DNA from: Candidatus Omnitrophica bacterium CG11_big_fil_rev_8_21_14_0_20_64_10
GTDB lineage: Bacteria; Omnitrophota; Gorgyraeia; 1-14-0-20-64-10
Assembly (NCBI GenBank): GCA_002787095.1
Contig: PCVW01000010.1
Location: 7,774-71,773 of the forward strand
DNA: 64,000 bases
Direction: 5' to 3'
A model generated the notes under the pieces. It was not told the DNA's origin. It saw only the letters and a list, made by a program, of their open reading frames with translations, and ran no database searches. The translations under genes and the position numbers were made by a program. Below, piece after piece: positions 18,123 to 27,407 of this stretch (its first letter is position 1; each line of letters begins with the position of its first letter).

Positions 18123-19330
18123 CGGACCGCCGTCCGTTCCAGCGCTTCCCCCATCCGTTGCCGCATCTGTGCGATCCGGGTCCCCCAGTCGTGGGTTCGG
18201 GCCGCTTCCTGCCGCCGACGGACCGTCTCGGGGTCGGTCAGGGTTCGGGCCTGCTCAATGGCCTGGAGAAAACCGGCCGGATTCTCCGCGATTTGGACCA
18301 GTCCGTTGAAATCGGCGTTGTAGGCCAGCACCTCCGGCAGCGGCGAGGCCACGACCGGTTTCCCGAGGGCGTGGTACTCGTGCAGTTTGGTCGGATAGAC
18401 CGTCCGGGTGTAGCCGGTCAATCGGTACGGGATCACCCCGACATCAAACGACCGGGCGATCGCCGGAAGCTCCTCGGGCCGTCGGGGGCCGAGCCGATGA
18501 ACGTTCGGAAGGTGCCGGAGAGCGGTCATCGGGGCCAGCTCCGGTCCCACGAGCAGGAAGGACCAGGCCGGCCGGTGGACGGCGGCGTGGGCGATCCAGT
18601 CGATGTCCAGATGCCGGTGGAGGCCGCCGATGTAGCCGATTCTCGGCCGCGGCAGGCCGGCGATCTGAGCCGGTTCGGGACGGTTCGCTGCCTGGGCGTA
18701 GTCATCGTAACGGACGCCGAAGGGAAAAATCTCCACCGACCGGTTGTGGACCCGGCAGCGGTCGGCGAGCGCCCTTCCCTGGGCAAAGACCAGATCGCAG
18801 GCAGTCAAAAGGGCCGATTCGGAACGACGGATCACAGCCGGCCGCGGACTGATCTGTTCGAAGTCGGCGATGCAGTAATAGATCAGCAGCCGCCTCGACA
18901 GATGGCGCAGGGTCGACTGAATCAACGGGGTTGGGAGGAACGACCAGACGATCGGCCGGTTCCCGCCGCCGGCGGACAGCAGCCAGGCTGCAATCGTCCG
19001 GGCCAGGTGGCGGCCGTTCCAGGCCGTGATCGCAGGTTGATAAGGAGAGGGGACCAGCAGCGGGCTGTGCACCCAGAGCCGATCCTCGACCCGGCGCAGC
19101 CGGCTGCGCCGGTTGCCCCCCCGGCGCAGCCGGTCCCGCAGGCGGCCGGCGTCCCGCCAGCCGGGAGTCCGGATGCCGGTGTTCTCAATGAAGAGAACCG
19201 GGTGGCCCGCCCGGGCCAGCGCAGACATGATCTCCTGATGGCCCTGGCGGTTGAAACTCCAGTCGATCGAAGAGAAGCAGACCACCGGCAGATCGGCCGG
19301 TGCTTCCATCTCAAGCGGCCGGGTGTTCAT
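18116..19330 (-). CDS. GT4-like glycosyltransferase (TuaH-like)
   Basis: SSIDW, YYCIADF, GYIGGL, DVGVIPY, PTKLHEYHALGKPVV. Confidence 0.85.
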   Translation of the reverse strand: MNTRPLEMEAPADLPVVCFSSIDWSFNRQGHQEIMSALARAGHPVLFIENTGIRTPGWRDAGRLRDRLRRGGNRRSRLRRVEDRLWVHSPLLVPSPYQPAITAWNGRHLARTIAAWLLSAGGGNRPIVWSFLPTPLIQSTLRHLSRRLLIYYCIADFEQISPRPAVIRRSESALLTACDLVFAQGRALADRCRVHNRSVEIFPFGVRYDDYAQAANRPEPAQIAGLPRPRIGYIGGLHRHLDIDWIAHAAVHRPAWSFLLVGPELAPMTALRHLPNVHRLGPRRPEELPAIARSFDVGVIPYRLTGYTRTVYPTKLHEYHALGKPVVASPLPEVLAYNADFNGLVQIAENPAGFLQAIEQARTLTDPETVRRRQEAARTHDWGTRIAQMRQRMGEALERTAVRC

Positions 19331-20615
19331 GATCCTCCCGCGGCGGGATTTGCCAGGCGGCCAGCAGGCCGAAGCCGATCCAAAGGAAGCGGAAATTCAT
19401 GATGTCGACATGGAGACTGTTGACCAGGAGTCCGATGTTCGCCGCCCACAGGGCGCGGCGCATCCAGAGGAAGGTTTCCTCCGGGCCGGCCCGGGTCGGC
19501 CGTCCGGCGGCCGCGCCGAGGAGGCCGATCCAGAGAAGAATCAGGAAGCCTGTTCCGATCCCGCCCGTTTCGGCGAGCCGGCCGAGCAGCATGCTGTGGG
19601 GATCGATGCGTTCATACGGGTGGTGGATCCGCCCGGCGTCGAATGCCGACTGGGTCACTTCGTGGAATCGGTTCAATCCCCGTCCGATCCAGGGATGCTG
19701 CGCGAAGGTCTCCAGCGAGAATCGCTTCAGCAGACCATAGCTGATCCAGTTGTAGGCGATCCCGACCGACAGCTGTTCGGCCCCTCGCCGGGGATCCTGG
19801 AAACTGTATTGGTCGGTCGGCGCCGGGAGATCCGGCCGGAAACTCCGCTCGATTCGGACCTCCCGGATCAGGACCCAGGAGACCGCTTGGATCGCGAGGA
19901 TCACGCCGATCGTGACGGCCACCCCGGCCGGCTTGAACCAGCGGTTGCGCTCCTGCAGGAAAGGCCAGAGGAACAGCAGGCCGGCGGTGAACCAGCCGGC
20001 CCAGGCATGCGAAAAGGTGCCGATCAGGGCGGCGGCTCCGATCGGGAGGGTCCATCGCCAAAAATGGGCGCGGGGTCCGAAACGGCTCAAGCCCAGCCAG
20101 ACCGGCAGGACAAAGGTCAGGTAGTTTCCGAAATATTCATGGGTGTAGAAGGTCCCCTTGGCTCGGAAAACCTCCCCCAGATAGGGGACCGGCCAGGGGT
20201 TGCCGATCGCGTACAGGTAGCGGCCGCTGACCGCATAGACGGCCGTCGCCCCCAGGGCAATGACCGACACCGCCAGTCCGACCCCGGTCATCCAGGGGAG
20301 GATCCGTTCCCGGAACCGCGGATCCCGGCCGATGACGGAGAAGGCGCCGTACAGGGCGGCCAGGTAGAGCTGTTTGGCGAGCTCCAGCGCGGAAGCGGCC
20401 CGGTTGTCGCTGTTCCAAAATGAGATCAGTCCGCCGAGCAGATATAATCCGACCAGCGCATCCAGCCGGCTCCACCGCCGCCGGGGCAGCTTTCCCAGGG
20501 CGGCGGCCGCGATCAATCCGATCGCGAACCCGTCGGCCGGCAGGATGTTTCCGGGAAACCGGTGCAGGCTGACCGGCAGCAGCAGCAGGAGACCGAGCAG
20601 CAGGGAGCGGAGCAC
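19311..20615 (-). CDS. O-antigen ligase/polymerase-like membrane protein
   Basis: Many TM segments; RAKGTF, TFS, HPWIGRG, PHS...LAETGGIG. Confidence 0.75.
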   Translation of the reverse strand: MLRSLLLGLLLLLPVSLHRFPGNILPADGFAIGLIAAAALGKLPRRRWSRLDALVGLYLLGGLISFWNSDNRAASALELAKQLYLAALYGAFSVIGRDPRFRERILPWMTGVGLAVSVIALGATAVYAVSGRYLYAIGNPWPVPYLGEVFRAKGTFYTHEYFGNYLTFVLPVWLGLSRFGPRAHFWRWTLPIGAAALIGTFSHAWAGWFTAGLLFLWPFLQERNRWFKPAGVAVTIGVILAIQAVSWVLIREVRIERSFRPDLPAPTDQYSFQDPRRGAEQLSVGIAYNWISYGLLKRFSLETFAQHPWIGRGLNRFHEVTQSAFDAGRIHHPYERIDPHSMLLGRLAETGGIGTGFLILLWIGLLGAAAGRPTRAGPEETFLWMRRALWAANIGLLVNSLHVDIMNFRFLWIGFGLLAAWQIPPREDHEHPAA

Positions 20616-21530
20616 TCAGCCCTGCCCTCCCGCTTTCCGGGCGATCACGAGCAGGATGTCGAAGACGTCCAGCGTGATCGGGAACCCGGTTCCGGTCCAG
20701 CCCCGTTGTCTCAGCCATTCGTAGAAGCGGCGGCGGCGTTCCGGTTTTCGGTCGGCCAGCAGGCGGTACAGCATGCCGTCCAGCGTCCGGGTGACGCCGA
20801 CCGTCGTCCAAACCTCCGGCTCCAGTCCCCGGTCCCGCAGCAGCCGGCCCAGAGTGGCCCGGGAAAAATAGTGGAGGTGATGCGGCGGGTAATAGAGCCG
20901 CCAGCGCTTCCCCTGCAGGCGGGCCATCCAGGAGCCGACATCCCCGGTGGTCAAGGCCAGCCGGCCGCCCGGTTTCAGGATCCGGGCCGCCCGGTCCAGA
21001 TAGTCGCCGGGATTCCGGAGATGTTCGATCGTGTCCCACATCACGACCCAATCGTAATGGGCCTCGGGCAGCTGAACCTTCAGGAAGTGCCCTTCCCGGG
21101 CCGTCACCTTCAGCGTGTTCCGGGCGTGCCGGATCCCCTCCCCATGAATGTCGATCCCCTCCGATTCCCAGCGGCGCTGGGCCAGCTCCAGGAAGAAGCC
21201 GTAGGCGCAGCCGACCTCAAAGAGCCGTCCCGCCGGTTGGATCCGCCTCAGCCGCTCAACCAGCCTCCGAAAATTCCGCTGCAGCGCCGGTTTGTCCCGT
21301 TGGTAGTCGGCATAGGCCCCTTCGGAGAAAAAGTTCTGTTCGTAGGTTTCGAACAGCTTCTGGTCGGTGTCGGTCCAGGGGACGAACCAGTGGCCGCAGC
21401 TTCGACACCGGAGAAAGGGATAGCCGTCCTTTTCGAACCGGAAATCGTGCTGCCGGTTCCCGCAGATTTCACAGGGGACGGCCTGGGAAGCGGCGGATGG
21501 GCCGGCTGCCCCGGCGGTGACGGGAGTCAC
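20616..21530 (-). CDS. Class I methyltransferase with N-terminal Cys4 zinc motif
   Basis: CEICG..CRSCG, FEVGCAYG, WDTIEHL, LKPGG, PPHHLHYF. Confidence 0.88.
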   Translation of the reverse strand: MTPVTAGAAGPSAASQAVPCEICGNRQHDFRFEKDGYPFLRCRSCGHWFVPWTDTDQKLFETYEQNFFSEGAYADYQRDKPALQRNFRRLVERLRRIQPAGRLFEVGCAYGFFLELAQRRWESEGIDIHGEGIRHARNTLKVTAREGHFLKVQLPEAHYDWVVMWDTIEHLRNPGDYLDRAARILKPGGRLALTTGDVGSWMARLQGKRWRLYYPPHHLHYFSRATLGRLLRDRGLEPEVWTTVGVTRTLDGMLYRLLADRKPERRRRFYEWLRQRGWTGTGFPITLDVFDILLVIARKAGGQG

Positions 21531-22240
21531 GACAGCGCCCTCTGCATCCGAACCAGATTCCGGAAGACCTCCGGCATCCGCCGGATGAGGTTGCGGTATC
21601 CGATCTGCCGGATCTCCCGGATCGGAACGGGGATTTCCCGAATCCGGAGGCCGGCCCGCTGGATTCGAAGCACCAGTTCGGTGTCGAAGATGAAGTGGTC
21701 GGTCACGCAGGCGGCCGCCAGAGTCGAGACCGGTTCCCGCAGGAAGGCCTTCATGCCGTGGGTGTCGGTCCCCTGGAAACCGAAGAAAAGCCGGAGGAAG
21801 CCGTTAAAGCTGCGGGTGATCCAGCGCCGCAGGATCGGCCGGCGATCCCAATCGGTCCGGAGCGTCTTGGAGCCGATCACGAGGTCCGCTTCCCGAAGGG
21901 CTTTCAGCGCTTCCCCGAGGAACTCCGGGCTCCAGAAATCGATGTTAAAGATCACGACCGCCTCCCGGCGGCAGGCGGCGATGCCCCCCTGCAGCGCCCG
22001 GCCGTAGTTGGCTTCCGGAAGACGCAGGGTCCGGACCGCCGGATGGTTTTGGGCAAAGGTTTCGGCCATCGGGCCGGTGGCGTCTGTGGAGCCGTTCTCG
22101 GCGATCAGCACCTCGAACGGCAGTCCCTGCCCTTCGGCGGCTTCCAGGATTCCCGGCAGCTGCTTCGAAAGGACCGGCGCATCGTTGTAGACCGGCACCA
22201 GGACGGAAAAGGAGCCGATGGTTTGTTGGGTCGGTGTCAT
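21527..22240 (-). CDS. GT2, polyprenol-phosphate glycosyltransferase-like
   Basis: VLVPVYND, ENGSTDAT, NYGRAL, GSK, TDTHGMKAF, FDTEL; start 22240 (alternative 22275). Confidence 0.82.
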   Translation of the reverse strand: MTPTQQTIGSFSVLVPVYNDAPVLSKQLPGILEAAEGQGLPFEVLIAENGSTDATGPMAETFAQNHPAVRTLRLPEANYGRALQGGIAACRREAVVIFNIDFWSPEFLGEALKALREADLVIGSKTLRTDWDRRPILRRWITRSFNGFLRLFFGFQGTDTHGMKAFLREPVSTLAAACVTDHFIFDTELVLRIQRAGLRIREIPVPIREIRQIGYRNLIRRMPEVFRNLVRMQRALS

Positions 22241-22271
22241 GGTCTGGGGTTGTGCCTCTTGGAATCCGGTT

Positions 22272-22280
22272 ATCATAGCA
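22272..22280 (-). promoter_or_regulatory. Putative extended -10 promoter TGCTATGAT
   Basis: Overlaps the stop of 22273..23790; 31 nt upstream of ATG 22240 with AGAGG in between. Confidence 0.45.
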
Positions 22281-23790
22281 CCCGCCAGGCCTCGTGCGGG
22301 CCGGATTGGAACAGCCGCTCCACCGTCCCCGCCGGCAGGCGCAGATCCTCGATCGCCGCGTACCGCCGGTCCAGCAGCAGGCCGTTGATTCGGTAAGTCC
22401 GGAGGAAATCCTCGACCGGCTTCCGGAAGACCGGAAAGAAGGGGGCCAGCCGATCCCAGCCGGTCCCATGGGCCCCCCAGAGGACCGCCTTGTCGGTGAA
22501 ATGTGCCAGCGCCTCGGATCGGGTCACCGGCAGGCAGAGCCACCGTTTCTCGGGGCGCTCCTGGATTTTTTCAAAGATCAGCCGAATTTCCGGGTCCACC
22601 ACCGCCATTCGGTTCCATTTCTGCCCCCGGATGGCTTGGAGACTGACCGCCGTCTGAGCCGCCGCCAAACCGAGGCAGATCCAGGCCGGAAGGAAGTTGC
22701 CGGCGGTTTGAGCGGCGGTCCCGGCCCAGGTTCCCAGAAGCAGAAACCAGGGGAAGAGGCCGTAGCGCAGATACTTGAACCCTTCCCCGAACCACCGGCA
22801 TCCCGGAATCCATTGGGTCGCCGCGGCGGTGAGGAATACGAGTCCACTCCAGGCCAAGAAGAATGGTTGATCCGCCCCGGCCCCGGTGTCCGGATGAATC
22901 CCCGATTGCGGGAGACGGCCGGTCATCATGCCGGCCAGGAGACCGGCAATCACGATCAGGTGACCAACCGCCAGAAACCGACTCCATCGGGCCGATCGGA
23001 TCCCCTGCACGCCGGCCAGCTCCCGCTTCTTGGCCGGATCCCGATAGAGGGGGGAATCGTACAGGGGGTGGGCGTTTAGGAACGGTCGGTGGGTTCTCCA
23101 GAAAGCGACGATCTCCCGGTGTCCCCGCATCAGCTTCCGGAAACCAGCGGGATGAACCGCCCACGCGCCGGCAAAAATGCCGACCCCCAGGCCGATCCAG
23201 AGGGGACTGCCGGTGAGGCCGGCCAGGCCGAGGAGCATCGCCGTCATCTGCTGGGTCGTCATCTTGTGGGTCCAGAAGATCGCAATCCCGGCCCCGAGGG
23301 CGATCCCTCCTCCGATCCAGCCCGGCTGGAGCCAGAAGATCAGCAGGCCCCACATGAAGATCGTGAAGAGCAGATTGGCCGCCGGCCGGACATTCAGGTC
23401 GGTCGATTGGGCGACCCCGACCGGGCTGGTCGCGAACAGCCCGCCGGCCAGGGCGGCGCCCAGCCAGGAGCCGGTCCCGGCGGCCACGGCTCCGCTGAGG
23501 AGCGCGGCGTGGAGTCCGTCGATCAAGGGAGAAATCACCCAGTGAAAGCGCTCCCGGAGGCCCTTCGGCAGCAGGGCCAGCGCCCGCGGGAACAAAGGGG
23601 GATAAACCTGTTCCGGATCGTCCAGGAGGTATTGCGGCAACTCCACCGGCCGGAACGGCCCTTTGCGGGCGGCCCGGGCGTAATTCAGGTAATACCAGCT
23701 GTCCACGCCGAACTCCGGCTGCCTCAGCCGCGGCCAGATCCGGAAGCCGAAAGCCATGACCGCTGAAAAGAGGATCGCCGCCCCGATCAT
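22273..23790 (-). CDS. Polytopic membrane protein, GT-C-like
   Basis: TM1 followed by D-x-W-Y loop and YPPLF, more than 10 hydrophobic segments, soluble C-terminal domain; ATGA overlap start. Confidence 0.6.
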   Translation of the reverse strand: MIGAAILFSAVMAFGFRIWPRLRQPEFGVDSWYYLNYARAARKGPFRPVELPQYLLDDPEQVYPPLFPRALALLPKGLRERFHWVISPLIDGLHAALLSGAVAAGTGSWLGAALAGGLFATSPVGVAQSTDLNVRPAANLLFTIFMWGLLIFWLQPGWIGGGIALGAGIAIFWTHKMTTQQMTAMLLGLAGLTGSPLWIGLGVGIFAGAWAVHPAGFRKLMRGHREIVAFWRTHRPFLNAHPLYDSPLYRDPAKKRELAGVQGIRSARWSRFLAVGHLIVIAGLLAGMMTGRLPQSGIHPDTGAGADQPFFLAWSGLVFLTAAATQWIPGCRWFGEGFKYLRYGLFPWFLLLGTWAGTAAQTAGNFLPAWICLGLAAAQTAVSLQAIRGQKWNRMAVVDPEIRLIFEKIQERPEKRWLCLPVTRSEALAHFTDKAVLWGAHGTGWDRLAPFFPVFRKPVEDFLRTYRINGLLLDRRYAAIEDLRLPAGTVERLFQSGPHEAWRVL

Positions 23791-24542
23791 TCGGGGCCCC
23801 TCTGCTCGCAGGCGAGATAGAAACCAGCGCATTGCCCGGGCCAGACGGCGGCCAGCCGCTGCATCAGACGCCAGCCGAAGGCCGGCCAATGGCACCAATC
23901 GAACAGCCGGGTATGGGGGATGAAGAAGTTCTCCCGGAACACCGACCGGATCTCAAAGCCGGCCGCTTCGATCTTCCGGCGGAGCGCCGGTTCGGTGAAG
24001 AAATGGAGGTGGTCGGTTTGCTTCAGGATCTTCGGTTGGACCCAGCGGTTCCGGAGGCGGCCGAGACGGCAGCCTTCGTTGGGCACGCCGAGCCAAAGCC
24101 GGCCGCCCGGTTTCAGGATCCGGCGCAATTCCCGGAGCGCCGAATCGGTCTCCCGCACATGCTCCAGCACCTGCGAGGCCAGGACGCCGTCGAAGACACC
24201 GTCCCGGAATCCCAGCGCCCCGATCTCTCCCAGCGCCAGGCGGGCTTCCGGGAAGCCGACCCGGGTCCGCCGCAGACGGAGGAGATTGAGGTCGCAGCCC
24301 CAGAGGTCGACCCCCGGTCGGCGCAGCGGGGTCATCATCAGGCCGTCGCCGCAGCCGATCTCCAGCAGCCGGATTCCGCTCCGGTTCGACAGATGCCGTT
24401 CGACCTCCTCCTCGATCCAGCGGATCCGCTGCTCGATCGTCCGGCGCATCGCCGGCTGCCGCAGGTAATCTTGCTGGGGATCAGTCTGCCACGGGTCCCC
24501 CGCCGCCCGCCGCTCCCGCAGCCGTTCCCAGTCAGTCGGCAT
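23787..24542 (-). CDS. Class I SAM-dependent methyltransferase
   Basis: LLEIGCGDG, FD...SQVLEHV, LKPGG, VPN, HLHFF. Confidence 0.88.
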   Translation of the reverse strand: MPTDWERLRERRAAGDPWQTDPQQDYLRQPAMRRTIEQRIRWIEEEVERHLSNRSGIRLLEIGCGDGLMMTPLRRPGVDLWGCDLNLLRLRRTRVGFPEARLALGEIGALGFRDGVFDGVLASQVLEHVRETDSALRELRRILKPGGRLWLGVPNEGCRLGRLRNRWVQPKILKQTDHLHFFTEPALRRKIEAAGFEIRSVFRENFFIPHTRLFDWCHWPAFGWRLMQRLAAVWPGQCAGFYLACEQRGPE

Positions 24543-26271
24543 CCATCCCCTCCAGGCGCCGGGCGGTTCCGCCCGGAAGGTCCCCCAGCGGGAACCGGCG
24601 GCCGTTCCTGGAAGCGGTCAATTTTGGGAAGACCGCTTCCCCGCCGTTGAACAGTTCCCAGCCGGCGGCCGATTTCCGGATCTCCAGCCGGGCCCAGAGA
24701 TTCATTCGCCGGTAGAGATCCTGGGCGCTGGTCAGCCACCAGCGGTCGTTGAGTTTCCGGAGAGCCGCTTCAAAGGCGGCCAAGGTTCCCTCCGGGCGGA
24801 GGATCCAGCCGCGGGTATGGGCGGGATGAAAAACCCAGAGGTAAGCGCCGCCCGGAAAGGCGTCGGCGAACCGGAAAGCGCGGTTTAAGGTCGCTTCATC
24901 CGGCTCGATCATGCCGCCGCTTTCCCATCCCGCCAGGGGCGTCTGCCGCTCTCGGGAGGCGATGACCGGCCGGATCGGAAAGGAGAACGGAACGCCGGCG
25001 CCGGGATGCCGGATCAGGACCGTTTCCGCGCCGCCGTAGCGGAAGATCTGAAAACGGGAGAAGGAACCGGCCCCCAGAATTTCCGGAAGCTCCCGGAAGA
25101 GATGTTCCAGGGCGAAGAGGTGCTCGGGATAGTGGAGGTAGTGGTAATGCCGATGCAGGGTCCGGAGGGTTCCCAGCCGTTTCTGCGCGGCCCGTACCTG
25201 CGCCGCCAGCCCGCGCGGGCTGACCGCTTCCCGATCGGGGCCCGGCAGTCGTTTGAGCCAGCGCATCCGGGCGCTTTCCAGCCAGCCGGTTCGATTCGAT
25301 CGGTAATGAAGGGCCGTTTCCAGATGCGGGGTTCCCCGCAGCCGTTCTCTCCAGAGTCCGGCCCGCTGGTCGTCCAGCACCGCGTAAGTGGCCGGCAGCC
25401 TCCGATCCCGCTCGATCTCCCAAAACTTCGGATCCGCGGAGTCGTCGGTGTCATGCCGCAGGATGACCGCATGATCCCGTTCCCCCCAGGGTGAGATGCG
25501 CAGGGATTCCAGAACCGAGACGCCGGCGGCCGCCAGGGCCCGGGAGAACCATCGGAACAGCCGGTCCAGGTACCAGGGACTCTCCAGGCCGATCGTTTCC
25601 TTCAGCGGCCACCAGTCGGTTTGCCCCTGCAGGAGTCCCCCCCAATACTCAAAGCAGGGGGCCGGAACCCAGAACAGGTTCCCTTTCCGATGCCACAATC
25701 GGCCGGCCGGCCTGGCGGGCCCCGGTGGGGGGGAAGCGGTTCCCGATCCCTCCGCCAGCAGCGGAGTCCCCGGGTCCGGATCGGGCGATTCCGGCCGGCT
25801 TTCCATGAACCGATAGCCGGGCGGGGCCAGGAACAGCGGCGGGTGCTCCTTTTCGCCGCCCGTCAGCCACCCAGCCAGCCGGCGGCTTCCGTTGGCGGCC
25901 GCTCCGAAGAGCCGGGCGGGCAGGTTCGTCACCCCGGTCACGATGATCTCCGTTTGCCCGGCGGCGGCGATTCGCTCGATTGCCTCGAGGGATTGGGAGC
26001 GGAGGGCCTCCCCTTCCGGGATCCAAAGCTGGTCGGCTTCGTTCATCTGCTTCCAATCGATTTGGGATTCCTCGAGGCGGCGGTGCGGCAGGCCGAGCCG
26101 CCAGAGAAAGTGCCGGCATCCGTTGACCGCCAGGTAGGCGTCGTCCCCCCGGATCCAATGTTCCGTTTCTCCCCCGCCGTTGGAGACCGGATAGAGATGG
26201 TGGGCCGCTTCCGCCCGCCGGGCTTTCGCGACCCGGGAGGATTCGCTGAAAAGGAGGGTGATCCGCTTCAT
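24532..26271 (-). CDS. Hypothetical protein with CE4/NodB-like barrel in the C-terminal half
   Basis: VILRHDTD, ETALHY, HRHYHY, WVFHP; coupled to both neighbours. Confidence 0.5.
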   Translation of the reverse strand: MKRITLLFSESSRVAKARRAEAAHHLYPVSNGGGETEHWIRGDDAYLAVNGCRHFLWRLGLPHRRLEESQIDWKQMNEADQLWIPEGEALRSQSLEAIERIAAAGQTEIIVTGVTNLPARLFGAAANGSRRLAGWLTGGEKEHPPLFLAPPGYRFMESRPESPDPDPGTPLLAEGSGTASPPPGPARPAGRLWHRKGNLFWVPAPCFEYWGGLLQGQTDWWPLKETIGLESPWYLDRLFRWFSRALAAAGVSVLESLRISPWGERDHAVILRHDTDDSADPKFWEIERDRRLPATYAVLDDQRAGLWRERLRGTPHLETALHYRSNRTGWLESARMRWLKRLPGPDREAVSPRGLAAQVRAAQKRLGTLRTLHRHYHYLHYPEHLFALEHLFRELPEILGAGSFSRFQIFRYGGAETVLIRHPGAGVPFSFPIRPVIASRERQTPLAGWESGGMIEPDEATLNRAFRFADAFPGGAYLWVFHPAHTRGWILRPEGTLAAFEAALRKLNDRWWLTSAQDLYRRMNLWARLEIRKSAAGWELFNGGEAVFPKLTASRNGRRFPLGDLPGGTARRLEGMDAD

Positions 26272-27407
26272 CGGGGTTTGACGCCCAGGACGACCCACTG
26301 TTTTCTGAACCGCTCCGGCACCGCCGGTTCCAGGAGGCGGAACAGCCGCTGCGGGAGGAGCACCTCGGTGATCCAGGCGGCGGCGCGGGGAAGCCGGGGG
26401 GAGACCCAACCGTGACTCCAGATCGTTCGAATGTCGAAGCCGGCTTCAGTCATCAGCCGCTCCAGTCCCTCCCGGCTGACATAGCCCTGGACCGGTTCCC
26501 CCGGCCAGAGAGGACGGCCGGTGCGGCGGGTCCAGGGATTGTCCCGGTTGGCCGTTTGCGTCAGCAGCCAGCCGCCCGGTTTCAGGATCCGCCGGATCGT
26601 TTTCAGGGTCCCGGCCGGATCGGGCAGATAGAGCAGGACCCCCATTGCCAGCACCCCGTCGAATGATTCGGGACGGAAGCGGTTGAGGTCTTCGGCTGAT
26701 CCCCGGAGGAAGAGGGCGCCGGGAATCCGGTTCCAATCGGCCTCGGCGATCCGGGGATCGATTCCGACCACTTCATGACCCAGCAGGGCCAGCGGGGCGC
26801 TGTATCGGCCCCAGCCGCAGCCAAGATCGAGGAAGTGTTGCGGGGATCCCTTCGAGGGGATCGGAAGCCGGTATCGCCGGCAGAAGGCGCTTCCCCAATC
26901 GGCCCGGGTTAGGATCCGCTGCTTGAGCCAACGGTCCCGGATCAAACGGATCCATTCGAATGGGAGCAGTGGAAGCGTTGCCAGCTGCCGGATCCATCGG
27001 GCCCGTCGATCGGCCGGCTGCCAGGGGGCCCAGGTCTGGACCGGATGATGTTTGACGACGATCCCCCGCCCGGCCCGCAGGGCGATCAGTTTTTGAAGGG
27101 GGGAGAGCCGTCCATCGTCCCCGCAGGGGAGGAGCCACCCTTCGCCCGGCGTCAGCTTGCGGCGCAAGGCTTGAAGCGGCCCGGTCGCGGTGATCCGGAG
27201 ATCCGGCCGCCTGTTGAGCTCCGGCCACCCGTTCCAGGGGGCCGGCTCCCCCGCCCCGGGGCGGGGGGCGACCCAATAAAGGTGTCGAACGGTTGGAGGG
27301 AGACCCGTTTCATTCGCCGCGGCGGCCTTCGGGTGGAGATCGATCCAGCCGTTAACCCGGCGCCAGTCCGAAGGAATGGCGGGATCCCAGACCGTTTCCA
27401 GCTTCAT
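26268..27407 (-). CDS. Class I methyltransferase with unrecognised N-terminal region
   Basis: FLDLGCGWG, FDGV, LKPGG; start MKLETV in ATGA overlap. Confidence 0.8.
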   Translation of the reverse strand: MKLETVWDPAIPSDWRRVNGWIDLHPKAAAANETGLPPTVRHLYWVAPRPGAGEPAPWNGWPELNRRPDLRITATGPLQALRRKLTPGEGWLLPCGDDGRLSPLQKLIALRAGRGIVVKHHPVQTWAPWQPADRRARWIRQLATLPLLPFEWIRLIRDRWLKQRILTRADWGSAFCRRYRLPIPSKGSPQHFLDLGCGWGRYSAPLALLGHEVVGIDPRIAEADWNRIPGALFLRGSAEDLNRFRPESFDGVLAMGVLLYLPDPAGTLKTIRRILKPGGWLLTQTANRDNPWTRRTGRPLWPGEPVQGYVSREGLERLMTEAGFDIRTIWSHGWVSPRLPRAAAWITEVLLPQRLFRLLEPAVPERFRKQWVVLGVKPR

